Shown: positions 49,689 to 57,032 of the stretch, one piece after another
Position numbering within the stretch: the first letter of the stretch is position 1
Layout: the number at the start of each line of letters is the position of its first letter
Source: a virus
Direction: 5' to 3' (one strand)
Length of the DNA: 64,000 bases
IMG/VR virus record: IMGVR_UViG_3300027911_000001
Coordinates: 1 to 64,000 of that record
Translations under genes and position numbers: made by a program
Notes under the pieces: generated by a model
The model's database searches: none
What the model saw: the letters and a program-made list of their open reading frames with translations, nothing else
What the model was told of the DNA's origin: nothing

Positions 49689-49993
49689 TGATTAATGCGC
49701 TTTTAGTGTGCGCCATTATTATAATGGCAGATAGGGTTTTTATTTGGAAACATGCCAGGCGTCTAGAAGAAAGTCTAAAAAATCTTAACGATCGTCTTAA
49801 TGAAGAAAGAGATAAACGTATCAATGATAGTTTCAAGATTAATGAGGCCAATCACAAGATCGCTTCACTAACAAATAAGTACCTGATTTTATCTGATAGA
49901 TACACCGATCTTAGAAGAGAAAACAGTTCCCTAAGAAGGGACTTGACACTTTCTGGCGCATTTGTTACAAATAAGAAGGATAGTCATAGGTAG
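49685..49993 (+). CDS. N-terminal TM + coiled-coil protein
   Basis: 102-aa ORF. Confidence 0.65.
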   Translation: MMINALLVCAIIIMADRVFIWKHARRLEESLKNLNDRLNEERDKRINDSFKINEANHKIASLTNKYLILSDRYTDLRRENSSLRRDLTLSGAFVTNKKDSHR

Positions 49994-49995
49994 AT

Positions 49996-50199
49996 ATGAC
50001 GCTTAAAGAACAACGCATCCAAATGGGTCTAACTAGTATTGAGATTGCCTATTGCGAGGCCATAGATAGAGAAATACACAAAACTAGTTTTTACATTCCT
50101 TCTACTTCGTCTTTGTACGGCGGATCTTTTTATTGGACGCAAAAATATCAAAAGCTTTCCGATATGTTAGTTAGATATAGGAAAATGAACGGGAGATAG
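49996..50199 (+). CDS. small hypothetical protein
   Basis: 67-aa ORF. Confidence 0.6.
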   Translation: MTLKEQRIQMGLTSIEIAYCEAIDREIHKTSFYIPSTSSLYGGSFYWTQKYQKLSDMLVRYRKMNGR

Positions 50200-50200
50200 C

Positions 50201-50347
50201 ATGAAAATAAAACCCACTCCTACACCCACCAAAGGCAAAGTCATTAGAGAGGTTCCTCATCCGGTAGCATCTATGGGAGTTATTTTGCCCATAATGATTC
50301 TGTTACTGTCTGTATTAATCTCGTGGAGACTATATGGGAATATTTAA
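50201..50347 (+). CDS. membrane mini-protein (48 aa)
   Basis: Manual translation gives MKIKPTPTPTKGKVIREVPHPVASMGVILPIMILLLSVLISWRLYGNI. Confidence 0.45.
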   Translation: MKIKPTPTPTKGKVIREVPHPVASMGVILPIMILLLSVLISWRLYGNI

Positions 50348-50639
50348 AAATATCTTTCAGGCTTTGTTTGAAAACGGTGAACTTCCAGAAGGACCGGACC
50401 ATGACGGCCCGGACAACCCTACCCCACAGGAACTATTGGATGCGGAAGATCGATGCCCAGACGTAAGGTTTGTAAAAAGTTGTCGCGCTTTCTTCGAAAA
50501 GCGTGGATTCTTGTCTGATAAACAGAAACGCGCTTTAACATTTGCCGGCACCCGAAATAGACGTTCTAGGCAATTTCACGGAGATTATTACCAAAGGAGA
50601 GAAGATGACGAATCAATGGGCATTGATCCCTGGGATTAA
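50334..50639 (+). CDS. hypothetical protein
   Basis: 101-aa ORF. Confidence 0.65.
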   Translation: MGIFKNIFQALFENGELPEGPDHDGPDNPTPQELLDAEDRCPDVRFVKSCRAFFEKRGFLSDKQKRALTFAGTRNRRSRQFHGDYYQRREDDESMGIDPWD

Positions 50640-50652
50640 GCTATGAATTTAC

Positions 50653-50681
50653 TTGACAAACAATCCTAACCCTGATAATCT
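50653..50681 (+). promoter_or_regulatory. consensus sigma70-type promoter (TTGACA-17-TAATCT)
   Basis: The predicted +1 at about G50688 is the first base of the terminal helix of the RNA candidate. Confidence 0.65.
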
Positions 50682-50687
50682 GTAAAA

Positions 50688-50803
50688 GTAGGCCGGACCC
50701 GTGTAATGGCCTGTCTTGGATGGTCACCCGCTAAATACGGTCGCGGCCAGAGCTGTCGTGAGATACCTCTGCGATGTAGGTTCAAGTCCTATCGGTCTAC
50801 GCA
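50688..50803 (+). ncRNA. tRNA-like structured RNA candidate (not a canonical tRNA)
   Basis: An 8-bp terminal helix, GTAGGCCG (50688-95) with CGGTCTAC (50793-800), abuts a canonical T-arm GTAGG-TTCAAGT-CCTAT (50776-92). About 80 nt of GC-rich interior with further helices. No encoded CCA. Confidence 0.5.
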
Positions 50804-50817
50804 TTTTAAGGAGTTTT

Positions 50818-51018
50818 ATGAAATTATACGAACGATACGCAGAAGAATGGGTAGCTGATAGGATTCATCATGATGAACCCAGATCTGCTCAAACCGCTTA
50901 TAAGGCAGGCTTTTCCGTAGCCCTTCAATTGGCCGCTGTAGTTGGAAGACTTGCTCAGTTAGAACGTAACGTAGTAGACATAGAGATAATGAAGATTTTA
51001 GAAAGAGAAGATGGTTAG
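50818..51018 (+). CDS. small hypothetical protein
   Basis: Start moved to ATG 50818 (MKLYERY...) after AAGGAG. The track's 34-aa N-terminal extension covers the RNA candidate. Confidence 0.55.
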   Translation: MKLYERYAEEWVADRIHHDEPRSAQTAYKAGFSVALQLAAVVGRLAQLERNVVDIEIMKILEREDG

Positions 51019-51039
51019 TATATTACACAAAATTAAAAC

Positions 51040-51075
51040 ATGTAACACAATATGTAACAGAAGGTTTATGTAACA
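51040..51075 (+). repeat. ATGTAACA x3 direct repeats abutting a start codon
   Basis: Copies at 51040, 51052 and 51068. The last overlaps ATG 51075. Confidence 0.7.
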
Positions 51076-51470
51076 TGAACTTAAACGAATGGGTTAAAGA
51101 AACAAAAGAACTGTGTGATAAAGCGACGGCTGGAAAATGGAGCGCTGGATACTCAGATGGGAGCGGTCCTGAATATATAGTATCAAAAGACCCTATAGCA
51201 AAAACTAATTGGGGATGCTCTTGTTGCGAGTTGGAATTAACTGAACAAAAACTAAAAGACGCCAAATTCATCGCTGCATCACGTACCGATTTACCTCGCG
51301 CATTGGAAGTGATCGAGGTATTGAGAGAAGCTTTAAGTCTTATAGGTCACCCAAGTTTTGATTTTTGGCTAAAGAGCACGACTCCGGCATTAATCGAAGC
51401 TTACGGTTTTGATTGTAAGAGAGCAAAAGCGGCGCTCGCCAAAGCTGATGAGATTGTAGGCGAAACATGA
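51075..51470 (+). CDS. hypothetical protein, possibly Ead/Ea22-like
   Basis: ATAGKWSAG...DAKFIAASRTDLPRALEVIE resembles the ATPGPW / FIAAAR pattern of Ead/Ea22-like proteins as remembered. Confidence 0.6.
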   Translation: MNLNEWVKETKELCDKATAGKWSAGYSDGSGPEYIVSKDPIAKTNWGCSCCELELTEQKLKDAKFIAASRTDLPRALEVIEVLREALSLIGHPSFDFWLKSTTPALIEAYGFDCKRAKAALAKADEIVGET

Positions 51471-51700
51471 CTATCAATAAGCTTATAAAAGAACTGCAAA
51501 AACTAGAGAAACAGTACGGGAGTAGGATTCAAGTATCCGCCGACACTCGCGTTCTGAGAAGTACCTGCAATGATGTTTTTGATATAGTTAATATCTCGCG
51601 TATTGAGCCGACCTACGTTTATTTGTGCGATGGTGATGGCTATCAAGAAATGACCCAAAAGTGTACAGAACGTGGCGGCTATAGGGTGGTATTAAAATGA
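51467..51700 (+). CDS. small hypothetical protein
   Basis: 77-aa ORF, ATGA-coupled. Confidence 0.65.
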   Translation: MTINKLIKELQKLEKQYGSRIQVSADTRVLRSTCNDVFDIVNISRIEPTYVYLCDGDGYQEMTQKCTERGGYRVVLK

Positions 51701-51888
51701 CCGTACAAGAACTTATTGTTTCATTATCAAAGCTGCCCCAAGATAAACAGGTTGTTTGTCAGGTTGTAGCAGAGGACAATACCGTTTGGAATTGCTGGTA
51801 TGATTTTAATGACATTGAAAGATCGCAATTGGTACAGCTTAGGATTCATCATGATGAGCTAAAGACCCTAAATGGAGTAAACAAATGA
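51697..51888 (+). CDS. small hypothetical protein
   Basis: 63-aa ORF, ATGA-coupled. Confidence 0.6.
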   Translation: MTVQELIVSLSKLPQDKQVVCQVVAEDNTVWNCWYDFNDIERSQLVQLRIHHDELKTLNGVNK

Positions 51889-52073
51889 ACGTTAAAGAAC
51901 TTTACTGTATTTTGGATAAAGCAATAGAGGCCGGTTACGGCCATGCCGAGGTTTTATTCGATACCGAAGCCAGGACATTCGGGTACCATATGGCCGTGGT
52001 TGGCGCTGCGTATTTAGAAACCGAATTTATGCCAGACAAGCCCTATCTGTCACTTCATGAGGAAAGAGAATGA
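51885..52073 (+). CDS. small hypothetical protein
   Basis: 62-aa ORF, ATGA-coupled. Confidence 0.6.
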   Translation: MNVKELYCILDKAIEAGYGHAEVLFDTEARTFGYHMAVVGAAYLETEFMPDKPYLSLHEERE

Positions 52074-52345
52074 AAAAGAATACTAAAAATAAATTTCCAT
52101 TTAGGGATGAATTTGTTGGATTGTGGATAGTTATCAAATATTCACCTTATGGATTTGTATTATACCACCCAATTAAATGGCTAGGCGAATGGACGCTGAC
52201 TTCTTTGGGCAAACGCCCCGATGTTGTGGGTACTAGTTTTGATTTTCTTGCTACCGGAGTTTTAACCATACTGGTCTTTTCAGCTTCTCTAGGTTTAGTT
52301 GTTAGTATCTTCGATTTGTTAGGCAGATTAGGGAAGGACAGCTAA
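52070..52345 (+). CDS. membrane protein
   Basis: 91-aa ORF with hydrophobic segments. Confidence 0.65.
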   Translation: MKKNTKNKFPFRDEFVGLWIVIKYSPYGFVLYHPIKWLGEWTLTSLGKRPDVVGTSFDFLATGVLTILVFSASLGLVVSIFDLLGRLGKDS

Positions 52346-52346
52346 T

Positions 52347-52604
52347 ATGGCAAACCCAGACATCTATACTATACCTAAGTCCGGAGTTTATCTTGTGGCC
52401 GCAAAAACTACCCATTGTATTCCTACGGGAACTTTCAAGACAGTTCCAAATAAAGATAGGAAATTCTGGCAGTTCTGGAAACCTAAAACAGTTACCCTAC
52501 AAATATATAGATATGAGGAACATCTCGATGGCCAGGAAACCAGACACTTTAAAAAAGGCGACCAAGTAAGTATAAACTTAAAACCCCACAGGTTAGGAAA
52601 TTAA
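52347..52604 (+). CDS. small hypothetical protein
   Basis: 85-aa ORF. Confidence 0.65.
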   Translation: MANPDIYTIPKSGVYLVAAKTTHCIPTGTFKTVPNKDRKFWQFWKPKTVTLQIYRYEEHLDGQETRHFKKGDQVSINLKPHRLGN

Positions 52605-52605
52605 C

Positions 52606-52851
52606 ATGTCAAAATTTTGGATTAAGCCTACAGATACACAAGTAGAATGGAAAGAGATTGATGATCCTTACGATCATTGCGTAGACTCATATGATGCCGC
52701 TGTGTTGGCTGGACAGAATTTTTATGACAATAATCCGATTGAGCCAAGTGACTTAGAGTTCAATGTTAGCGTAAAAGACAAAGACGGCAACATTACTAAT
52801 TGGGTAGTTACGGCGGAACAAACAATAGATTTCCATGCAAATGAGGCATAA
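52606..52851 (+). CDS. small hypothetical protein
   Basis: 81-aa ORF. Confidence 0.65.
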   Translation: MSKFWIKPTDTQVEWKEIDDPYDHCVDSYDAAVLAGQNFYDNNPIEPSDLEFNVSVKDKDGNITNWVVTAEQTIDFHANEA

Positions 52852-52967
52852 TGAAAAATAAAAATATTGTCATCCTAACTAGAAAACAATTCCGCAAATT
52901 TTACGGCAAGCACCCAGATTGGCTGTGGGAAATTCTAAAGGACAACTATAGGAGAATGAAAAAATGA
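52851..52967 (+). CDS. basic mini-protein (38 aa)
   Basis: Manual translation gives MKNKNIVILTRKQFRKFYGKHPDWLWEILKDNYRRMKK. TAATG- and ATGA-coupled. Confidence 0.45.
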   Translation: MKNKNIVILTRKQFRKFYGKHPDWLWEILKDNYRRMKK

Positions 52968-53191
52968 GATTGATTGATTTAAAAACTAGAAGCATGGTCT
53001 CCGTCAGAGCTAATTTGGGTAGCATGGGAGCATTTAGGGAGCTTACTTTGAAAGATAATGGTGAAGAACTCGAAGGATGCTCTTATGTTACATTCGGAGG
53101 AGAGATTTTTTTGTTAGATGAAGAGTCTACTAAACGCCTTAAAGCCGAATTGGACTTTATAAAAACGAATCAGGCGGTATACGTACAATGA
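52964..53191 (+). CDS. small hypothetical protein
   Basis: 75-aa ORF. Confidence 0.65.
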   Translation: MRLIDLKTRSMVSVRANLGSMGAFRELTLKDNGEELEGCSYVTFGGEIFLLDEESTKRLKAELDFIKTNQAVYVQ

Positions 53192-53343
53192 AATACCTTT
53201 TACTGTTTTTGTCCCTTTCTAGCTGCTCATCCCCAAGACTTTGGGGCGATACCTACAACATATATCTTTACAATTGCTCCAAAGAGCAGATGGAGAGTTG
53301 CGCAGCTTCTAGCAATCCACAAATGGAGTGTAAGTGCAAATGA
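53188..53343 (+). CDS. small lipoprotein candidate (51 aa)
   Basis: Manual translation gives MKYLLLFLSLSSCSSPRLW..., with a lipobox-like LSSC. ATGA-coupled on both sides. Confidence 0.5.
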   Translation: MKYLLLFLSLSSCSSPRLWGDTYNIYLYNCSKEQMESCAASSNPQMECKCK

Positions 53344-53825
53344 AAACGGCTGAAATAAGCGAGTGTGGGAAGTATAGATATACTCTTACCAGAAAAACCA
53401 ATTGTCTTATGAGATGGGTACATCCGGCTTTATTTATTATGCTAAATCCTTCTACGGCAGATGAATCTAAGGATGATCCTACGATTAGGCGCTGTATTTC
53501 TTTTGCAGAACGTGAAGGATGTACGGATCTTACCGTGATTAATTTATTTGCGTTTCGTTCTACAAAACCTTATGATCTAACAAAAGCGGCAGATCCTATC
53601 GGTCCATTAAACGATATTAGAATAGCTGAACAGATAGAGATGCATAGAGATTTTGGGATAGTGGTTGCGGCTTGGGGGCAGCATCCATTTGCTAAAAAAA
53701 GAGCAGAAGAAGTAATAAGTAAATTCGGACCCTTTATGTGCTTAGGAATTACGCAGAATGGATACCCTAGACATCCTCTTTATCTCAGCAAAAATACGCC
53801 CCTGATGAAATTGGAGTGCAAATGA
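53340..53825 (+). CDS. DUF1643-like protein
   Basis: CGKYRYTL ... FIMLNPSTADESKDDPTIRRC ... INLFA matches the pattern remembered for DUF1643. Start moved to ATG 53340. Confidence 0.5.
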   Translation: MKTAEISECGKYRYTLTRKTNCLMRWVHPALFIMLNPSTADESKDDPTIRRCISFAEREGCTDLTVINLFAFRSTKPYDLTKAADPIGPLNDIRIAEQIEMHRDFGIVVAAWGQHPFAKKRAEEVISKFGPFMCLGITQNGYPRHPLYLSKNTPLMKLECK

Positions 53826-54175
53826 AATATTATGCCGTAGTTGCTATTATGGACGGAGTTCCGGATTCTTCTGGCGACATTTTGACAGAGAATGTTGATA
53901 TTCCACAATTTTTAGTGCCAGTATCAAATGCTTTCTCCCCACCGGTTATCGGACAGGCTCTAATAACTAAAGAGGGACATAGCCTTACAGCAAAAATTGA
54001 AATTGATGAAAGTAGATTTCCGACAGAGCTGATTGAGCAAATGACAGGAGTTGTTGGCGGAACTATTATTTATAGAAATGGACCTATTGTAGATAAATGG
54101 AAAGTTACAGAGGTAGGATTAACGCGAGAGCCAAGCGATAATAGATTGCCAAAACTTAAAAGGATCGAAGAATGA
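53822..54175 (+). CDS. hypothetical protein
   Basis: Start moved to ATG 53822 (ATGA-coupled, with TTGGAG upstream). Confidence 0.65.
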   Translation: MKYYAVVAIMDGVPDSSGDILTENVDIPQFLVPVSNAFSPPVIGQALITKEGHSLTAKIEIDESRFPTELIEQMTGVVGGTIIYRNGPIVDKWKVTEVGLTREPSDNRLPKLKRIEE

Positions 54176-54513
54176 AAAATACAGTTATTGTTACTGGTGG
54201 CCGCGATTACGAAGACTATGCTATGGTAGCCGATGTATTGGATTTATTCGATGCCGATCTTATTATTCAGGGCGGAGCCGCTGGAGCCGATAGAATGGCA
54301 CGAGACTATGCCTATCAAAATAATATTATTTGTGAGACTGTAAAAGCGGATTGGAATAAGCATGGAAAGGCAGCCGGTCCAATCAGAAACCTAGAGATGT
54401 TAAAGAAGTATCCAAATGCTGTAGTTGTAGCATTCCCAGGCGGTAAAGGTACAGAAAATTGTGTAAAACAAGCTGCAAGCCTTAATATGATTGTGTTAAC
54501 GGTGCATAAATAA
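54172..54513 (+). CDS. SLOG-superfamily protein (DUF2493/YspA-like)
   Basis: VIVTGGRDY ... IIQGGAAGADRMA ... AFPGGKGT gives a Rossmann-like SLOG signature. Confidence 0.55.
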   Translation: MKNTVIVTGGRDYEDYAMVADVLDLFDADLIIQGGAAGADRMARDYAYQNNIICETVKADWNKHGKAAGPIRNLEMLKKYPNAVVVAFPGGKGTENCVKQAASLNMIVLTVHK

Positions 54514-54662
54514 TGGAATCTAGAATCGTTGGTTTTTCAGGATCTGTTCTTTTAACAATCTGCGGGACATCTATTGGCCATGACACGATAGTCTCTGTAT
54601 TTTTTGGTTTAGCAGGGTTTATTTTTGTTGCCGGGGCTATAGAGATTGGAGCCAATAAATGA
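54513..54662 (+). CDS. membrane mini-protein (49 aa)
   Basis: Manual translation gives MESRIVGFSGSVLLTICGTSIGHDTIVSVFFGLAGFIFVAGAIEIGANK. Confidence 0.45.
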   Translation: MESRIVGFSGSVLLTICGTSIGHDTIVSVFFGLAGFIFVAGAIEIGANK

Positions 54663-55474
54663 AATGGTTTGAACATCCCCAAGATGAAGTAAGAGGGTTT
54701 TATTTAAAAGAGCCCTACAGTAGGATTTTTATTGGTTGTGATCCTAGAGATGGTATGACTAAGGAATCCGCCGATTCGTTCGATGCCTTTATTAATGTTA
54801 GCGATACGGCATGCACTACCTTTGAACCATCTAAGCCAGGCCAACAAATGCATTGGTATCCGGTAAATGAAGGCGGCCTTTGGAATTTGAGTTATCTATA
54901 TTGGCTTAAGACTGTAATGGATCATCACTTTGATGCTGGCCATAGGATCTATTTACATTGCCATGCAGGCGCCTATAGGTCTCCAAGCGCAGCGGTTCTT
55001 TGGCTACAAAGTAGAGGCTATTCTCCCGAAGACGCCCTGTTATTGGTTAGAGAAAAAGGAAGCGCTCTATATCGTCTTTGGAATAGTTACGACAATATTC
55101 CAAAGCTAAAAGATCAGGTATTTAAACTGATGAACGAGCATCCAAATTGGTCTTTAGGGGCTATTCTACACGAAACCGGAGATTATTGGAACAAAGAAGT
55201 TATAAGCGGACATTGTCGCACTACGGGTTTAAAACATAGGTACTTTTGGTTTTACTATCTACCAAAATGGTGGATTAGGAATAGACGAGATTGGCTTAAG
55301 GATTGGCTTGGAGGTAAGGGATTTTATACTGAAGGGTTCGGAACCTACATTTATAAACGTAAACATTTTTGGGCATGGCCCTGTAACGCTGAGCCTAATG
55401 ACATAAATGAAGATATAATTACCCATCGCCGTTGGAATTCTAATACTAAATCTTGGGAGAAGACAAATGAATAA
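54659..55474 (+). CDS. dual-specificity / protein-tyrosine phosphatase-like protein with Trp-rich C-terminal extension
   Basis: HCHAGAYRS is the C-X5-R(S/T) P-loop. Confidence 0.7.
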   Translation: MKWFEHPQDEVRGFYLKEPYSRIFIGCDPRDGMTKESADSFDAFINVSDTACTTFEPSKPGQQMHWYPVNEGGLWNLSYLYWLKTVMDHHFDAGHRIYLHCHAGAYRSPSAAVLWLQSRGYSPEDALLLVREKGSALYRLWNSYDNIPKLKDQVFKLMNEHPNWSLGAILHETGDYWNKEVISGHCRTTGLKHRYFWFYYLPKWWIRNRRDWLKDWLGGKGFYTEGFGTYIYKRKHFWAWPCNAEPNDINEDIITHRRWNSNTKSWEKTNE

Positions 55475-55649
55475 AAATGGCCTTAGGGCCGTGTACTGTT
55501 TTTGGGCTGCTATGTTACTTTTCGGTATACTGATGCTTTTATTTCAATGGCTTATGTCTGTTTTTGGTCCCGTAGCCTTTCTAGCCATCATATTGTTTGT
55601 AATTACGGTTCTATTTAGTGTTTTTATTTATGAGACCTCTAAGGATTAA
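55467..55649 (+). CDS. small membrane protein
   Basis: 60-aa hydrophobic ORF. Confidence 0.6.
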   Translation: MNKNGLRAVYCFWAAMLLFGILMLLFQWLMSVFGPVAFLAIILFVITVLFSVFIYETSKD

Positions 55650-55686
55650 AAGCTTGACAAAACCACGTAAGTATGTCATGCTTACT

Positions 55687-55852
55687 ATGTGTCCTGCGAG
55701 CGTAAACTTGCGAAAAAATGTTCCTCTCCGTAAAGAGCGCATTGGTGAAGGGCTACTTCGTGAGGAAGTAATGAACTGTGGAGTACCACAGAGTGGGAGT
55801 ATGCCGTTCTGCCCGCATAGCCACTGGCCCCGTAGACCTTAGTGGGACACAT
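55687..55852 (+). ncRNA. candidate structured ncRNA 3 (family unknown)
   Basis: A 217-nt GC-rich gap between genes. Ends pair over 8 bp: ATGTGTCC (55687-94) with GGACACAT (55845-52), followed by TTTT. Perfect hairpins TACTTC-gtgag-GAAGTA (55754-70) and CTGTGG-agta-CCACAG (55776-91). TTGACA at 55654, but no good -10 at 17 nt. Confidence 0.3.
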
Positions 55853-55866
55853 TTTTAGGAGTTTAG

Positions 55867-56019
55867 ATGACAGCTTTAGATAGCATTAATTCTTTAGAAG
55901 AATTGGCTGCGTACTTATCAGATGTCTCCTGTACTTTAGCCATAAGTCATGACGGCATAGGCAAAAAATGGGCAATGGAATTCCTTAAAAGAGCAATCGA
56001 GATTGAGAGGACCAAATGA
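55867..56019 (+). CDS. small hypothetical protein (50 aa)
   Basis: Manual translation gives MTALDSINSLEELAAYLSDVSCTLAISHDG.... TAGGAG upstream. ATGA-coupled downstream. Confidence 0.5.
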   Translation: MTALDSINSLEELAAYLSDVSCTLAISHDGIGKKWAMEFLKRAIEIERTK

Positions 56020-56594
56020 ACGAATTAACTTTGGTATGTAGTGGACAAACGGTCAATATTTATCCATACAATAGCACATATTGGCAGAACCATGTCGATA
56101 GATTTGGTTTTTCTGTTCCCAAGAATATCGTAGATCGTACAATGGGTAAATCTGTTTGCGACAAGTGCAAGCAGGTTTATTCTGGAAACCAACCGAGATG
56201 TACTAGATTGCGTTGGGGATATAAGACGAGGTCTTGGCAAAGTTCTCCCGATTTTGGATACTATATGGTGGGCGAATACAATAGACATGGCGATAAAGTA
56301 TGCGAATCAAGAGAATACGAATGTGACGGATATCTTAGTTGGGATTTATCGGAAACATTTAGCAAACAGCAACAGCTATTTAGTACTTTGGATTATCTTG
56401 TTAATGCTCTGCCTACGGAATATAAGCCAGAAGGGTTTAATCTTACGCTAGATCAACGCGAAAAGATAGCGCTTTTTCAGCGAATTGATTTTTTAACTCA
56501 CGAGAACAATATGGTAAAACAGGCACTTAGAGAAGTTATCAATAGATTAAATCAAGGCGGACAAGGTTTACTAGGCGGAAACTTTAGTTTTTAG
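56016..56594 (+). CDS. hypothetical protein
   Basis: 192-aa ORF. Confidence 0.75.
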   Translation: MNELTLVCSGQTVNIYPYNSTYWQNHVDRFGFSVPKNIVDRTMGKSVCDKCKQVYSGNQPRCTRLRWGYKTRSWQSSPDFGYYMVGEYNRHGDKVCESREYECDGYLSWDLSETFSKQQQLFSTLDYLVNALPTEYKPEGFNLTLDQREKIALFQRIDFLTHENNMVKQALREVINRLNQGGQGLLGGNFSF

Positions 56595-56601
56595 GAGACT
56601 T

Positions 56602-56859
56602 ATGGGCTGGTATCAAGATAGAGATTTTCCAGAGATTAAAACAGAACGCTTTGGCGATACTCCAGAGATCTTAGCTGTAGTTGAAAATAAAGAGCAAAGA
56701 GAAAGACTTATTAGGGAATATAACAATTTAGAGTATAGACTTTGGGAAGAAAAACGTAAGGCCGATAAACTGATTGAGGCGCTGGTTGGCGGCGCTGAAT
56801 TTGGCGGAGTTTTTTGGAGAGAAAATGCAATAGATGAATACTTGGAGAACAAGAAATGA
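56602..56859 (+). CDS. small hypothetical protein
   Basis: 85-aa ORF with TAGGAGA upstream. Confidence 0.65.
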   Translation: MGWYQDRDFPEIKTERFGDTPEILAVVENKEQRERLIREYNNLEYRLWEEKRKADKLIEALVGGAEFGGVFWRENAIDEYLENKK

Positions 56860-57032
56860 AGATTTGTCCGGTTTGTAGGGGCGAAGGCGTATGGTACGAT
56901 TACGACGGCATGTTCGACCATCGCAATAATTGCGATTCATGCGATAAGACTGGAAAGGTTTTGACTGAGTTTGAGATCAATGAGATCAGAATAGACAAGG
57001 CATTAGAAGATGCTTGGGAGAAAAATAGATGA
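56856..57032 (+). CDS. zinc-finger mini-protein (58 aa, CxxCxGxG type)
   Basis: Manual translation gives MKICPVCRGEGVWYDYDGMFDHRNNCDSCDKTGKV.... Confidence 0.5.
   Translation: MKICPVCRGEGVWYDYDGMFDHRNNCDSCDKTGKVLTEFEINEIRIDKALEDAWEKNR

Noticed and set aside
50688-50803. Calling this a canonical tRNA or a tRNA-Sec (8/5 acceptor/T-stem geometry)
   Set aside because: At about 114 nt it is too long. No D-arm complement exists after the acceptor strand. The only 7-nt loop with U33 (CTAAATA, 50731-37) has a 3-bp stem and a pyrimidine at position 37. I report it only as tRNA-like.
50716-50817. N-terminal 34-aa extension of the track ORF 50716..51018
   Set aside because: There is no SD before 50716, whereas AAGGAG precedes the internal ATG at 50818. 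The extension coincides with the tRNA-like RNA candidate and its T-arm.
55618-55842. 74-aa + strand ORF in the gap after 55467..55649
   Set aside because: It overlaps the upstream gene by 32 nt, has no SD and has an atypical composition. The sequence is better explained by stable RNA helices. Translation is not formally excluded.
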